Shown piece by piece: positions 51,536-63,000 of a DNA stretch of 64,000 nucleotides. The notes under the pieces were generated by a model. It was given only the letters and a program-made list of their open reading frames with translations. It searched no databases and had not been told where the DNA came from. The DNA is from an uncultured Methanosarcinales archaeon (GTDB taxonomy: Archaea; Halobacteriota; Methanosarcinia; Methanotrichales; Methanotrichaceae). Numbering within the stretch: position 1 is the stretch's first letter; each line of letters opens with the position of its first letter. Made by a program: the position numbers and the translations under genes. The DNA lies in assembly GCA_963843555.1 (NCBI GenBank), contig CAWJKV010000003.1:96001-160000 (forward strand). Direction: 5' to 3'.

Positions 51536-52168
51536 TCAGGGGCAAGGAAGGGTCATGATGGATGCATTGCCGCTCTCCAGTTGCATCCTCATATTCGTAT
51601 AGCCCTCGTAAGTGCCGCTCATGGTGTAGATGGGTACATTGCTCGCGCTCTTTTGAACCCGGGCTCCAACTCTTGCCGTTCCCTCTACCTCAGAATGGAC
51701 GCTATAGACTGAGTTCTGATTGGTCTGGCTGACGGATGTATCCTTGATGAGGTCTCTCAGATTGGAGTAGCTCTCTGAATAGACGGAACCGACTTCATAA
51801 TTCTTGGCACAAAGAGCGTTGCGAAGGTCGCTAGGTGTGATCGGCGCAGTGTATTGGGCGGGTTTATTCTGGTACACGCCCCATTCCATCACCTCGAGTC
51901 TCGTTGTAGCCGTCTGGAAATCCGCCGTAAACCTGGGCGTAAATGGATCGGGATACGGTGCCGGTGCCTCTAGTTCCTGTGACCAGTTTCTGTCCGTGGA
52001 AACCCGCCTCCGTCTGGTAAATGCGCGTGTCGTCGATGTACCCCTGGCTGTAGATCCAGGAATGCTCGGTGAGGTTTTGGGGAACTCCTCCCGCCATGGG
52101 AATGAGCATACTGCCCAGGTAATAATACAAAATGCCGACATCACCAAGAAACCGAGCCACCACTTCAT
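51536..52168 (-). CDS. Secreted hypothetical protein with an internal pair of compensating frameshifts
   Basis: Signal peptide and C-terminus lie in frame 51536-52168; the plausible middle (GGVPQNLTEHSWIYSQGY...) lies in frame 51864-52181. Confidence 0.7.
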   Translation of the reverse strand: MKWWLGFLVMSAFCIITWAVCSFPWREEFPKTSPSIPGSTARGTSTTRAFTRRRRVSTDRNWSQELEAPAPYPDPFTPRFTADFQTATTRLEVMEWGVYQNKPAQYTAPITPSDLRNALCAKNYEVGSVYSESYSNLRDLIKDTSVSQTNQNSVYSVHSEVEGTARVGARVQKSASNVPIYTMSGTYEGYTNMRMQLESGNASIMTLPCP

Positions 52169-52224
52169 CTGGACACCTCAACTCCGAAACATTCTGGCGG
52201 ATGCATTGAATATAAATCTGATCC

Positions 52225-53084
52225 CTATCTGCCTGGTGGCTTATTCCGTCCTCTGCGTCTGATATCTTCCAGGCGAGCCTCCAGAGACGACTTCAGATCC
52301 ATAGACCGTCCCGCTCCATAGTAGTCCAGCCGGGCGGCTATTGCCAGCTTTCCTGCCAGAGCGCGCGACACCTTTCCTCTGAGCCTTTTGGGGGATCCTA
52401 TCACGGCAGGATGGCGGTAGATAATCCCGTGCTTGGGCGAAGGTGCATTGCCTTTCAGGTGCTTGAAGAGGGACTTTTCCGCCCCCATTACCTGTACTCT
52501 GCTGGAGGGCATTCCTGCCAGGCGGCGCAGACTCCCGGCTTTGGAGATGAGCCTCGCTGCCAGGACCGGTCCTGCCAGGGTGGATAGGTTCGGGGCCAGC
52601 TCCTCTGCAGAGGTGACAACTTCCATTTCCAGGTTCTTCCTGGACTCTCTCAGGCCTTGAATCGCTCTCGCGAGTATGCCCATGTTTTCGTCTTCACAGA
52701 GCCCATCAGCCAGATCCTTGCCGTGAACGATCTCCTGGCGGTGCAGACGGGACCATTCATAGAGCCTCTCATCCAGGAGATTCACCGCCTGGGAGATATC
52801 GTCCAGGGCTTCCATGGCCTGGAGCAGGTCCTTCTCGGCTGTGGTAAGTTCCAGGAGCTGCCGGCGCACAAGTCTCAGGGCCACCTCTCGAAGACGAGAG
52901 TTGTATTCGCTATCATTCGCCGCGTAGCCGCAATCCAGGGCAATGCTGCGCAGATCGGGTTGCAGGGCAGGGCCGGTCGGCGGCTGCACCCTGAGGCGAC
53001 TCGATCATGCTGTCTATCTCTTCTGCGGCAATGAAGGATCCTGTCTCTCGGTCAATTCTTCCAAACCAGGTTACAGATCTCCAT
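52225..53084 (-). CDS. nop5: C/D box sRNP protein Nop5, 5' end frameshifted
   Basis: NLLDERLYEW, APNLS.LAG..LAARLI, VQVMGAEKSLFKHL, PKHGIIY, LAGKLAIAARLD; N-terminal TWFG in another frame. Confidence 0.88.
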
Positions 53085-53201
53085 CTGCTCACAGTCTCGG
53101 GCGATCTGGAATAGATTACTTTCGGGCCGCACAGATTCCTTTTAAATACTTTCATGCCCTACTTACATTACCTCTCAACAAAAATTAGGGGGCAGATTGT
53201 T

Positions 53202-54436
53202 ATGAAAGAACTGGTTGATCAGATATCAGCTCGTCTCAGGGATCAGAAGATCGAAGTCCCTGAGGAGGAGATCGCGTCTCGCCTGAAGATGCTCATCGAT
53301 GATTTTCGTGTGCCTGAAGGCGAGGCCAGAAGATCGGTTTTGAATTATTTCCTGAAAGAGCACGGCATAATGCCCCAGGTCAGGGCCAGCTCTGAGAAGG
53401 TCAAGATCTCAGAGATCAAGGAGGCCGGCAAGTGGGTGGATCTGGAGGTCAAGGTCCTGGATCTCTGGGAGCCGGCAACCGAGGCCATCTCCCAGACAGG
53501 GCTCATCGGCGACGGCTCAGGATCGATGAAGTTCGTCAAGTGGGCCAAGTCCGAGCTGCCCAGATCTGGAGCTGGGGCAGAGCTATCTCTTGAAGAGAGT
53601 GGTCACGGACGAGTTCCAGGGCCGGTTCAGCGTGAAATTGAACCGCACCAGCCAGATCGAGCCGCTGGAGAAAGAGGTGGAGGCGAGGCCTGCCAGCACG
53701 AGCTCGCTCAAGCCGGCAAGGTGGTTGAGATCACTGAACCCGGCCTCTGGGTCGATCTGAAGGTCAAGGTGGCGCAGCTCTGGGAGACAAACAGCGATGC
53801 CATCTCCCAGTCCGGCCTGGTGGGAGACGAGACCGGTTCCATAAAGTTTGTGAAATGGGCCAAGGCCGATCTGCCCAACATGGAGGAAGGCAAGAGCTAC
53901 CTCCTTGCGCAACCTTGTCACAGACGAGTTCCAGGGCCGGTTCAGCGTGAAATTGAACCGTACCAGCCAGATCGAGCCTCTGGATGTCGATGTGGAGATT
54001 GGATCTCAGGCGGCGGAGTTCTCGGGCGCACTGGTGGATGTGCAGAAAGGCTCGGGCCTCATCAAGCGCTGTCCCGTCTGCAAACGCTCTCTAGCCAAAG
54101 GTGTCTGCAGCGAGCATGGAAAGGTGGATGGCACCTACGATCTGCGCATCAAGGCGGTCACTGGACGATGGCCGTCGGGTGCAGGATGTGCTCATCAACA
54201 GGGAGACGACGGAGCGTCTGGTGGGCCTGACTCTGGATGATGCCAAGCAGATGGCTATGGAGGCTCTGGATCACGAAGTAGTGCGCGGCCTTATCGAGAG
54301 CAAATTGATGGGTAGATATTTCAGCATCACTGGACCGCGAGTCGATCGCTATATCCTGGTGGAGACCATAAATGAGGTCCCGCCAGTGACGGAATTCAAA
54401 GTGGACGAGCTGATGGGCGAAGTGGAGGCGGTCTAA
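53202..54436 (+). CDS. rpa: Replication protein A (two OB folds plus zinc finger), frameshifted
   Basis: FRVPEGEARRSV, two WVDL.VKV..LWE..I.Q.GL.GD..G..KFVKW repeats, GSGLIKRCPVC...CSEHG, DLRIK. Confidence 0.88.
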
Positions 54437-54437
54437 G

Positions 54438-55256
54438 ATGGCAGGATTTTCAAGAGAAGTGGCGCGCAGGGTCTTTGCCGAAGAGCTGAAGAGCTCGAAC
54501 TACTCCTTCCGGGATGGTGAGGAACAGAACCAGTATGCTCCTCAATATCTTCTCACGCCGACCGGGCGCAAAATGCAATCGCGTCTTCACTGTTGGCACT
54601 CTGACGGAGAAGGATGATATCGGCGGTGACACCGAGTACTGGCGGGGGAGGCTGGTGGATCCAACGGGCAGCATACTGATCTACGCCGGTCAGTACCAGC
54701 CGGAAGCGGCTCAGATTCTGGCCAATATGGAGGCTCCCGCTTTTGTGGCCGTGGTGGGCAAGCCCAACCTCTACCAGACCGAAGACGGAAATATCATCAT
54801 CTCTCTGCGTGCCGAGTCCATCCAGCGGGTCGACGAGGCCACGAGAAATCAGTGGATAATGGACACTGCCCGCAGAACATCGGAGCGACTGGCGGCACTG
54901 AAGAACGCGAAGCCAGTGCCCTGTCTCCAGCGACTTCTGCCACGGCAGATCAGGTGCCATCTTCCACGCCCCTTCCGGATGCAGAAAGAGCCAGGAGCAT
55001 TACCATACCGATATCGGAGCATTACCGGCAGATGATACTTCGCGCGCTCTCCTCTCTGAAGGCCGAGCTGGCCGGAGAAAGGCGGAGCGCCGGCAGACTG
55101 AAAATCGAAGGCCGGCCAGTTCCCGAGAGCGAATCGCAGCCAGCTGCGCCCAGAAGAAGCCTGAATCCTGGAAGCGATGCCAGCCCCGAGCAAAAGAGGA
55201 AAGGGAAGAGAAGAGTGAATCTCTCGAACGCCTGGCCGGAGACGGAGAACGGATGA
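54438..55256 (+). CDS. RPA-associated OB-fold protein, frameshifted; 3' end uncertain
   Basis: MAGFSREVARRVFAEEL..., GAKCNRVF.VGTLTE, RGRLVDPTG....YAGQYQPEAA. Confidence 0.8.
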
Positions 55257-55342
55257 CAGAGGTGGAGACCTCAAACTTGCGGCAAGAAGAGCTGAAAAGT
55301 TTTATATAATGTGCTGAGGCTCTATAACATGGGTGAATCAAT

Positions 55343-55573
55343 ATGGTAATTGGAGTAACGATGGTGAAGGTGGTGCCGGGACAGGAGAAGGCCGTCTACA
55401 ATGCCTTGCAGGAGATCGAGGGCATCAAGGATGTCTACCATGTCTTCGGCGAGTTCGACTTCGTGGTCATCATTGAGGTCGAAGGCCTGAGCATGCTCAA
55501 CAAGCTTGTCGACGTCATCCGCGAGATAGACAACGTTACAGCCACCCAGACCGTAGTCGGGGCTGAGCTTTAG
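55343..55573 (+). CDS. Lrp/AsnC ligand-binding-domain protein
   Basis: VVPGQEKAVY..L..IEG..DVYHVFGEFD.V; commonly found upstream of top6B. Confidence 0.88.
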   Translation: MVIGVTMVKVVPGQEKAVYNALQEIEGIKDVYHVFGEFDFVVIIEVEGLSMLNKLVDVIREIDNVTATQTVVGAEL

Positions 55574-55591
55574 CCCCTCTTTTTCCTATTT

Positions 55592-57427
55592 ATGGAGATC
55601 GCTGAGGAGCTGGCCAAGCAGCAGAAGGCCATCTCTGTAGCTGAATTTTTTGAGAAAAACCGTCAGATTCTGGGATTCGACTCAGCACCTCGCGCCCTGA
55701 TCACCTGCGTGAAGGAGGCGGTGGACAATTCTCTGGACGCCTGTGAGGATGCAGGGATACTGCCGGATATCTTTGTGCAGATAAAACGCAGCGGCGATTA
55801 TTATCAGGTCATCGTGGAGGATAACGGGCCGGGCATTGTGCCGGACGAGATTCCGCGCGTCTTTGCCAAGTTGCTTTATGGATCGCGTTTTCATACTCTG
55901 CGCCAGAGCCGGGGCCAGCAGGGCATCGGCATCTCTGCGGCGGTACTTTATTCTCAGCTCACGAGCGGCAAGCCCACTAAAGTCATCTCCAAGATCGCTC
56001 CGGATAGACCAGCCTGCTACTGTGAGCTGCTTGATAAACACGGCCAAGAATGAGCCCGAGATCCTCAAGTCGGAGGAGGTGGATTGGGAGAGGCCCCGGG
56101 GCACGCGCGTGGAGCTGGAGATGGAGGGCTCCTATGTGCGCAGCCGGCGGCAGTCCGTCTTCGGTTCCCTGAAGAGCGCGGCCATCGTCAACCCCCATGC
56201 CCGTCTTACTCTGGTGGAGCCGGAAGGCAATGTGGAGGTCTTCGAGAGGGTGACGGAGAGCCTGCCCAAGAAAGCCTATGCCATCCAGCCTCACCCGGAC
56301 GGAATCGAGCTTGGCGAGCTGATCAAGCTCCTGCGTTATACGGACAAGAAGAAACTGCGCGTCTTTCTGAAGGAGACCTTCTCCTCCATCGGCACCATAT
56401 CGGCACAGGAGCTATGCCTCCGGTCAGGCCTGGACCAGAAGAGCCGCCATCAAGCCTGGACCATGAGGAGGCCAAGCGACTGCTGGCCGCCTTCAAGCAG
56501 ATCAAGGTCAAATCGCCTCCGGTGGACTGCCTGTCACCCATAGGCGAAGAGCTGATCAAGGCCGGCCTGGAGAAGGAGTACCGGCTGGACTTCATCGCCA
56601 CAACGGTTCGGCCCGTCTCCGTTTACTCCGGCAATCCTTTTCCCGTCGAGGTGGGCCTGGGGTACGGAGGTGAACTGGAGAAGGAGAGCCGAGTGGAGAT
56701 TCTGCGTTTCGCCAATCGCGTTCCTCTGGTCTACCAGCAGGGCGCCTGCGCCATAACGCATGCCGTGGAGAGCGTCTCCTGGAAGAACTATTCCCTGAGC
56801 CAGCCCACAGGAAGCGGGGTCCCGGTTGGGCCGGCGGTGCTGCTGGTGCACATAGCTTCCACCAATATCCCCTTCACCTCGGAGAGCAAAGATGCCGTGG
56901 CCGATATGCCCGAGATCCTGACTGAGATCGATCTGGGGCTGAAAGAGGTATCGCGAAAGCTGCGCCGTTACCTGAGCCGGCAGAGCGTGCTATCCGAGAG
57001 CCGGGAGAAAGAGGAGATCATAAGAAAGATCCTGCCCCGCATTGCGAAGAAGCTCTCCGATGTCCTGGAAAAGCCCGAGCCGGATATCGGACCGGTGGTG
57101 GCCAAGATCATGGGCAACCTTCTCGTCTTCAGACGCTTGGAGCAGCAGAACGGACATGTGGCCGTCAGGATGATGTAGAAAATCATAGCGACCTGGTCAG
57201 ATCCTTCAAGCTGCATGAGGTCCTGGCAGAGGAGGCAGTCGCCGTCTCTGCCTGCTGCCAAAGTCATTCCGCTGGGGGACGGTTACGACCACCACTGGAA
57301 GTTATCCCTCGGCCCGGGGGAGAGCACCATTCTCAGCTACAGCGTTCATGAGGATGGCAGCCCCAGGAAAGAGCCGGTGGTGGAGGGTTTGGATGCGGAG
57401 ATTGTCACAGGGGCCAGGGTGATCTGA
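55592..57427 (+). CDS. top6B: DNA topoisomerase VI subunit B, multiple frameshifts
   Basis: [60 protein letters not shown] spread over successive frames. Confidence 0.92.
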
Positions 57428-57430
57428 TAA

Positions 57431-58558
57431 ATGGATGGATCTGATGAGAGGAAAAATCAAGCAAAAGTAGAAAAAACAGCAAAATCGAAAATGGCTCAGG
57501 AGAAGATTATGGGCCTCGCTCTGGATCTCTACAACCAGTTCCAGCAGGGAATAGTGCCCCATATCACTCTGCCCTCCAGAACCAAAGGCAATATCGAGTT
57601 CTCCACCAAGGAGGATGTCTGGGTCTACGGAGACCAGGAGACGATGCGCAGCGTCAAGACCGTGCGCGGAGCCAAGACGCTTCTCAAGACCGTTCACCTC
57701 GCCGAGCTGCTCATCAAGGAGCACCTCAAGAACAATCGCGGCTCGACATTGAGAGAGATCTATTACATCTCTGAGAACTGGGATATAGCGAAGTTCCACG
57801 AGCAGGCGGAGAGCGACCGTCTGATTGAAGACCTGGAGATCGTCACCACTCTGCACCGGGAGGACTTCCATGTCCGGCCGGAGGAGGATGGAGCGGCAGT
57901 ATTCGGGCCTCTGCGCCTCCGAGAGCAGACACGGCGCGGCGAGCGCGAGATGCACTGCCAGGAGGATGTGGGCGAGGCCGGCTACCAGATACCGTTCAAT
58001 GTGGACAACATCGAGTTCCTGAGCCACGATGCTAAAATGGTCATGGCCATTGAGACGGGCGGAATGTATGCCCGGCTGATCGAGAACGGCTTCGATGAAG
58101 AGTACAATGCCATCCTGGTGCATATCAAGGGTCAGCCGGCCAGGTCCACGCGGCGCATCATAAAGAGGCTCAACGCGGAATTGAACATTCCCGTGGTCGT
58201 CTTCACGGATGGGGACCCCTGGTCCTATCGCATCTTTGCCAGCATCGCTTACGGGGCCATCAAGAGCGCTCACCTCTCCGAGCACCTGGTCACACCCAAG
58301 GCGCGTTTCCTGGGGGTGCAGCCCAGTGATATAGTGGACTATAATCTCTCCACTGACAAGCTCACCGATCAGGATATGCAGGCATTGCGCAGCGAGCTGA
58401 CCGATCCGCGCTTTAACACGCCTTACTGGGAGAAGCAGATCAAGCTGCAGATAGATCTGAAGAAGAAGGCAGAGCAGCAGGCCTTTGCCGGCAAGGGACT
58501 GGATTATGTGACCAAGACCTATCTGCCTGAGAGGCTCACCGAGATGGGGATAATATAA
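57431..58558 (+). CDS. top6A: DNA topoisomerase VI subunit A
   Basis: [39 protein letters not shown]. Confidence 0.97.
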   Translation: MDGSDERKNQAKVEKTAKSKMAQEKIMGLALDLYNQFQQGIVPHITLPSRTKGNIEFSTKEDVWVYGDQETMRSVKTVRGAKTLLKTVHLAELLIKEHLKNNRGSTLREIYYISENWDIAKFHEQAESDRLIEDLEIVTTLHREDFHVRPEEDGAAVFGPLRLREQTRRGEREMHCQEDVGEAGYQIPFNVDNIEFLSHDAKMVMAIETGGMYARLIENGFDEEYNAILVHIKGQPARSTRRIIKRLNAELNIPVVVFTDGDPWSYRIFASIAYGAIKSAHLSEHLVTPKARFLGVQPSDIVDYNLSTDKLTDQDMQALRSELTDPRFNTPYWEKQIKLQIDLKKKAEQQAFAGKGLDYVTKTYLPERLTEMGII

Positions 58559-59354
58559 ACGATCATCGACTTTCACACTCACATCTACCCGCAATGGGTA
58601 GCGGCTAAGATCCTGCCCGCCGCGAAGAAGAAGCTGAAGGTGGAGGTGCCGGGAACGGGCGCCCCCGATGACCTGCGCAGTCACATGAGTGATTCGGGAA
58701 TATCCAGGTCTGTTCTCCTGCCCCTGGCCAAAGGTCGGGAGGATGTGTCCAGCCTCAACGACTGGATCCTATCCGTCTCAGGAGATGATCTCCTTCCCTT
58801 TGGTGCCGTCCATCCCTTTATGGAAAATCTGGAGTCGGAGCTGGACCGATTGGCCGCCCGCGGCGTTCGGGGCGTCAAGATGATGCCACTGCTGCAGGAG
58901 GTCTATCCCGATGATCCCGGCTGCGAGAGGCTTTATGAAGCCTTGATAAAGAGAAAGATGATCCTGGTGACCCACGCGGGCCGGGATCCTCTGGAGAGAC
59001 GGGAGATCTTCGGGACGCCGGAGCGCTTTGCCAGAGTCGATCCAATGCTATCCCGACCTTCGAGTGGATCTGGCTCATCTGGGAGGCCTGCGAATGTGGG
59101 ATGAGGTGCAAAGATATCTCGTGCCTGCAGGCAGAAATGTTTACTTCGATACCGCTTACGTCTCCTTTTATCTATCCCTGGAAGAGATCGAGGAGCTGAT
59201 AAGGGATCTCGGTCCGGATAGGGTCATATTCGGCAGCGATTATCCATGGGAAGAGCCGGGAAGGGCAGCGGCCATAATAGGGCGCCTGGGCCTATGTGAA
59301 GCGGAAAGGGAAGCCGTGCTCTGGAAAAATGCGGCCAAGCTATTGAATTTATGA
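58559..59354 (+). CDS. Amidohydrolase_2 family protein, apparent ACG start, one frameshift near 59040
   Basis: IIDFHTHIYP, PFGAVHP, GVRGVK, THAG, AHLGG, YFDTA, VIFGSDYPW. Confidence 0.85.
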
Positions 59355-59370
59355 TCCAGAGGTTGTTTGG

Positions 59371-59668
59371 CTACCCAAACATCGCTCCTATTCCCGCTTC
59401 TGCCGCCTCCGCCTCATCCCGGAAGGCCTTCAGCAGCGCTTCCCCTTTCTCGCCCTTCAGCTCTTTGGCAGCCGTCTCGGCTAAGCAGCTTCCGTGCCTC
59501 CTCCGCCAGCTCATCTTTGGCTTTGATGTAAAGGCACATGCCATCCAAGTCCTGACCCATGGCCCTGCACTCTCGCATGGTAGGGCCCAGTCGCTTCCAG
59601 AACTCTTCATCCAGCATCTTCAACATGTCTTTGCTGTTTTCCATTGGGTAAGTGTAAACCAGCTCCAT
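59371..59668 (-). CDS. Conserved small hypothetical protein, frameshifted
   Basis: MELVYTYP...LYIKA joined to ...EAEAAEAGIGAMFG in the adjacent frame. Confidence 0.7.
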
Positions 59669-59687
59669 CAGTATAGTCTCCTCAAGT

Positions 59688-59891
59688 TCATAGTTCCTGC
59701 ATGGCCTTCTTAAGCATCTCTGTGCACTGGTCCATGAGCTCCGCTGCTCCGCGGATATCCTGGGCCGCCTTCTCGCTCACACTGGCAACCTGGGCCGCCC
59801 TCTCTCGAAAAGAGGTGCTGTGGCTCTCGTTGTGCTCTATCCAGTGTTCCAGCAGGTGTCTTACTGACTCTTTGCTGAGGTCTTTTTCCAT
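59688..59891 (-). CDS. Small His-containing helical protein (HWIEHN..H motif)
   Basis: MEKDL...LLEHWIEHNESHSTSFRERA. Confidence 0.7.
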   Translation of the reverse strand: MEKDLSKESVRHLLEHWIEHNESHSTSFRERAAQVASVSEKAAQDIRGAAELMDQCTEMLKKAMQEL

Positions 59892-60036
59892 TTCTTCATC
59901 GCCTTCCGTCGTCGTAGGAGGTGCTGCGCAAAATAGTTTTTCATCGAAGACTACATAATTTGATTCTTTGCATTCCAACAAACCCATCCAGCCGCCAGGT
60001 TGATGAAATATAAGGCAAACACGAATGGGAAGGTCG

Positions 60037-60732
60037 ATGAAATTAATTTACCTTGAGGATAGCTGTATAAAATCTTTTGATGCACTGGTCAGCTCTGCTG
60101 ATGGCGAGAAAGTGGTCTTGGATAGAACAGCCTTCTATCCGCAGTCAGGTGGACAGCCCTCTGATCTGGGATCGATCTTTCGAGGAGAAGAGGAGTTCAG
60201 GGTTTTGAGTGTCGATCCCCCTGATCCGTTTCACGTCCTGGATAAACCAGGTCTCGCTCCAGGTGATAAGGTCTCTGGGAGAATCGATTGGGAAAGACGC
60301 TACAGGTTCATGCGCAGCCACACAGCCTGCCATATTTTGAGTGCGGTCATATTCAATGAAACCGGTGCCAGAATAACCGGGAACCAGATAGATCTTGCCA
60401 GATCCAGGGTTGATTTCAGCCTGGAGAAGTTCGATAAATCGGAGATGGCTGCATATGTTGACAGTGCTAACCGGATAATTACCGAGAATCATACAGTTAA
60501 GACCAGCATGCTATCGAAAACTGAGGCCATGGCTATACCTGATCTGGTGCGCCTGGCCATGGCGGTTCCGGACAGAGAAGAGATCAGAGTTGTGGTGATA
60601 GAGGGCATTGACCGGCAGGCATGTGGAGGAACCCATGTATGCAGCACCGGCGAGGTGAAGGGAATAAAATTGGTCAAGGCCGAGAATAAAGGAAAGTCCA
60701 ATCGGAGGGTCTACTTCGAGTTGGTGGACTGA
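60037..60732 (+). CDS. alaX: Alanyl-tRNA editing protein AlaX-M
   Basis: LDRTAFYPQSGGQPSD, MRSHTACHIL, ACGGTHV, ENKGK.NRR.YF. Confidence 0.92.
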   Translation: MKLIYLEDSCIKSFDALVSSADGEKVVLDRTAFYPQSGGQPSDLGSIFRGEEEFRVLSVDPPDPFHVLDKPGLAPGDKVSGRIDWERRYRFMRSHTACHILSAVIFNETGARITGNQIDLARSRVDFSLEKFDKSEMAAYVDSANRIITENHTVKTSMLSKTEAMAIPDLVRLAMAVPDREEIRVVVIEGIDRQACGGTHVCSTGEVKGIKLVKAENKGKSNRRVYFELVD

Positions 60733-60895
60733 GATCATGTCGGGGGCCTTGCATGCGATCTGGCCCCTGCAGGAAGCTCTGACCTTGTAAGACTCTGCTT
60801 TAACCCCCGAGTCGTTCTTCATTGTGCGAAGGAATGAGGGCTATCATTTGTGCTTAAAATCTCTTTGAAATGGGCATTATTTATAGCTAAAAACA

Positions 60896-60967
60896 TGCGC
60901 CGATCGGGATTCGAACCCGAGTTTAGGCGTTGGCAACGCCTAGTGATAACCGCTACACTATCGGCGC
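60896..60967 (-). tRNA. tRNA-Gly (GCC), no encoded CCA
   Basis: GCGCCGATAGTGTAGCGGTTATCACTAGGCGTTGCCAACGCCTAAACTCGGGTTCGAATCCCGATCGGCGCA folds as a cloverleaf with anticodon GCC. Confidence 0.97.
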
Positions 60968-61106
60968 AATGCGATGTGGCGCGTTGCACCCCCTCTAATA
61001 ACCTTCTAGTCTAAAAACATTGCGGATAAATGGCCCTCCCTCGGCCAGGAGAAGGCTGCACACCCTTTATCTACCTGGAAGAAGAATTTATTTATGGTGA
61101 ATTCGC

Positions 61107-62006
61107 TTGCATGATGTCGTCATAGTAGGAGCAGGCCCGGCAGGGCTGACCGCCGCCATGTACTGTGCGAGGGGCGGGAAGAAGACGCTGGTTTTGGGCA
61201 ACATATACAGCTCTCAGGCGTCCATGGGTGGCCTCTATGAAAATTATCCCGGCTTTCCGGAGGGTATTCAGGGCATAGAGCTCTCTGAGAAGATGCTGGC
61301 TCAGGCCCAGAAGTTCGGCGCGGAGAACCAGACCGAGCAGGTGGAGAAGATTGTGAACCTGGGAGACTTCTTCCGCGTGAAGACGGAGAACTGGCAGTAT
61401 GAGGCCAAAGCCGTCATACTGGCCATGGGAGCCGGCCACCGCCAGATCGGCGTGCCTGGTGAGAAGGAGCTGACGACAAGGGGCGTATCCTACTGCGTGC
61501 ACTGCGATGGGGCGCTCTTCAGAGACAAGGCAGTGGCCGTGGTGGGCTATGGCAATGGCGCCGCCAGAGCCATACTGTATCTGGCCAACATCGTCAGCAA
61601 GGTCCATCTCCTCTCCGCGCGAGAGAAGCTGGTGGCAGAGCCGGTTTACCTGGAAAGAATCACGAAGCTCACCAACTATGCGGCAACCTTCGGAGCAGAG
61701 ATCACTGAGATTCGGGGCGACCAGTTCGTGGCAAGCGTGGAGTTCAAAGTCGGCAATACACCCCGCTCCCTGAAGGTGGACGGGGTCTTCGTGGAGATGG
61801 GCATGAAGCCCAATATTGAGGTGGCTGAGGGCCTGGGCCTGGAGATGACCTCCGGCGGTTATGTGAAGGTCAACCGGCTCAACCAGGAGACGAGCATGCC
61901 GGGAGTATTCGCTGCCGGGGACCTGACAGGTGGAAGAATGCAGGTCGCAACCGCAGTGGGTTCAGGCGCCTCCGCCGCCATCAGCGCCCTGCAGTATCTC
62001 GGATAA
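61107..62006 (+). CDS. trxB: Thioredoxin reductase-like flavoprotein
   Basis: IVGAGPAGLTAA, ENYPGF, GVSYCVHCDG, PGVFAAGD. Confidence 0.88.
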   Translation: MHDVVIVGAGPAGLTAAMYCARGGKKTLVLGNIYSSQASMGGLYENYPGFPEGIQGIELSEKMLAQAQKFGAENQTEQVEKIVNLGDFFRVKTENWQYEAKAVILAMGAGHRQIGVPGEKELTTRGVSYCVHCDGALFRDKAVAVVGYGNGAARAILYLANIVSKVHLLSAREKLVAEPVYLERITKLTNYAATFGAEITEIRGDQFVASVEFKVGNTPRSLKVDGVFVEMGMKPNIEVAEGLGLEMTSGGYVKVNRLNQETSMPGVFAAGDLTGGRMQVATAVGSGASAAISALQYLG

Positions 62007-62043
62007 AGATAAGAAAATTGGAAAGGAAAATTGGAAAAGAACA

Positions 62044-63000
62044 ATGGCGAAGCTTGATAGAAGGCTGGATCTGAAAAGACCCGTTACCGTCTGGCGCTCG
62101 CAGGACCTGGTTGAGGGCCGGGAGGCATCTTCCCTCACCATGATCCTGCGCACAGTGGGCTGCCGGTGGAACCGCTGCACCATGTGCGGCTATGCCAGCG
62201 AAGGGGCGCCGGCCTCGGCCGATGACCTGGTAGCTCAGTTTGAGAACGCCATGCAGAGGAGCTCCCCTGAGGTCACAGTTGTCAAGATCTACACCAGCGG
62301 CAGCTTTTTGGACCCGCAGGAGATGCCCGCGGCAGCCAGGGACGAAATCCTGCAGCGCCTGGAGGCCCTGGGCATAAAGAAGCTGGTTATTGAAACCCGG
62401 CCGCAGTATGTCACCCGGGAGAGCGCGGAAAAGTGCCTCTCTCATCTCCCCACCGAGTTTGCCATGGGTCTCGAGACCTCCAACGACCTCATTCGGGAGC
62501 ACGTCATCCGCAAGGGTTTCACCTTCCAGGACTTTGTGAACGCCGCAGAGGCCGTGCATAGTCTTGGAGGGCGGGTCAAAGCCTACCTGCTGCTGAAGCC
62601 GCCTCTGCTCTCCGAGGGCCAGGCCATGAGAGATGCCATATCCTCGGCCCGGGCGGCGCATAATCACGCGGACGTTCTCTCCCTCAATCTCTGCAATGTG
62701 CAACGCAATACCCAGGTCGAGCGCATGTGGGAGCGGGGCGAGTTTCGGCCCCCCTGGCTCTGGTCGGCCCTGGAGGTATTGAAGAGCATCCCGGGACCGA
62801 TAGTTTGCGACCCGGTGGGCGCAGGAACCAGGCGCGGCCCGCATAACTGCGGCCAGTGTGATGAAGCCGTGGCCGAAGCCATCCGGGTGCATGCTCTTGC
62901 CCAGGACGTCGGTCCTTTCGATAAGCTGGACTGCGAGTGCAGAGCAACCTGGCGGGAATTGATGGAGGTGGAGGAGCACTCCTTCGGCACTCCTTTTTAA
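62044..63000 (+). CDS. Archaeosine biosynthesis radical SAM protein RaSEA
   Basis: ILRTVGC.W..CTMCGY, KIYTSGSFLD, ETRPQY, YLLLKPP, RPPWLWS, RGPHNCG.CD. Confidence 0.88.
   Translation: MAKLDRRLDLKRPVTVWRSQDLVEGREASSLTMILRTVGCRWNRCTMCGYASEGAPASADDLVAQFENAMQRSSPEVTVVKIYTSGSFLDPQEMPAAARDEILQRLEALGIKKLVIETRPQYVTRESAEKCLSHLPTEFAMGLETSNDLIREHVIRKGFTFQDFVNAAEAVHSLGGRVKAYLLLKPPLLSEGQAMRDAISSARAAHNHADVLSLNLCNVQRNTQVERMWERGEFRPPWLWSALEVLKSIPGPIVCDPVGAGTRRGPHNCGQCDEAVAEAIRVHALAQDVGPFDKLDCECRATWRELMEVEEHSFGTPF

Noticed and set aside
57176..57178. In-frame TAG in top6B as pyrrolysine read-through, or programmed frameshifting in the split genes
   Set aside because: The sensible continuation ([18 protein letters not shown]) is in another frame; no consistent slippery sites and too many affected genes
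60896..60967. tRNA-Gly as an integration site
   Set aside because: No duplicated tRNA 3' end or integrase seen; flanks are housekeeping genes
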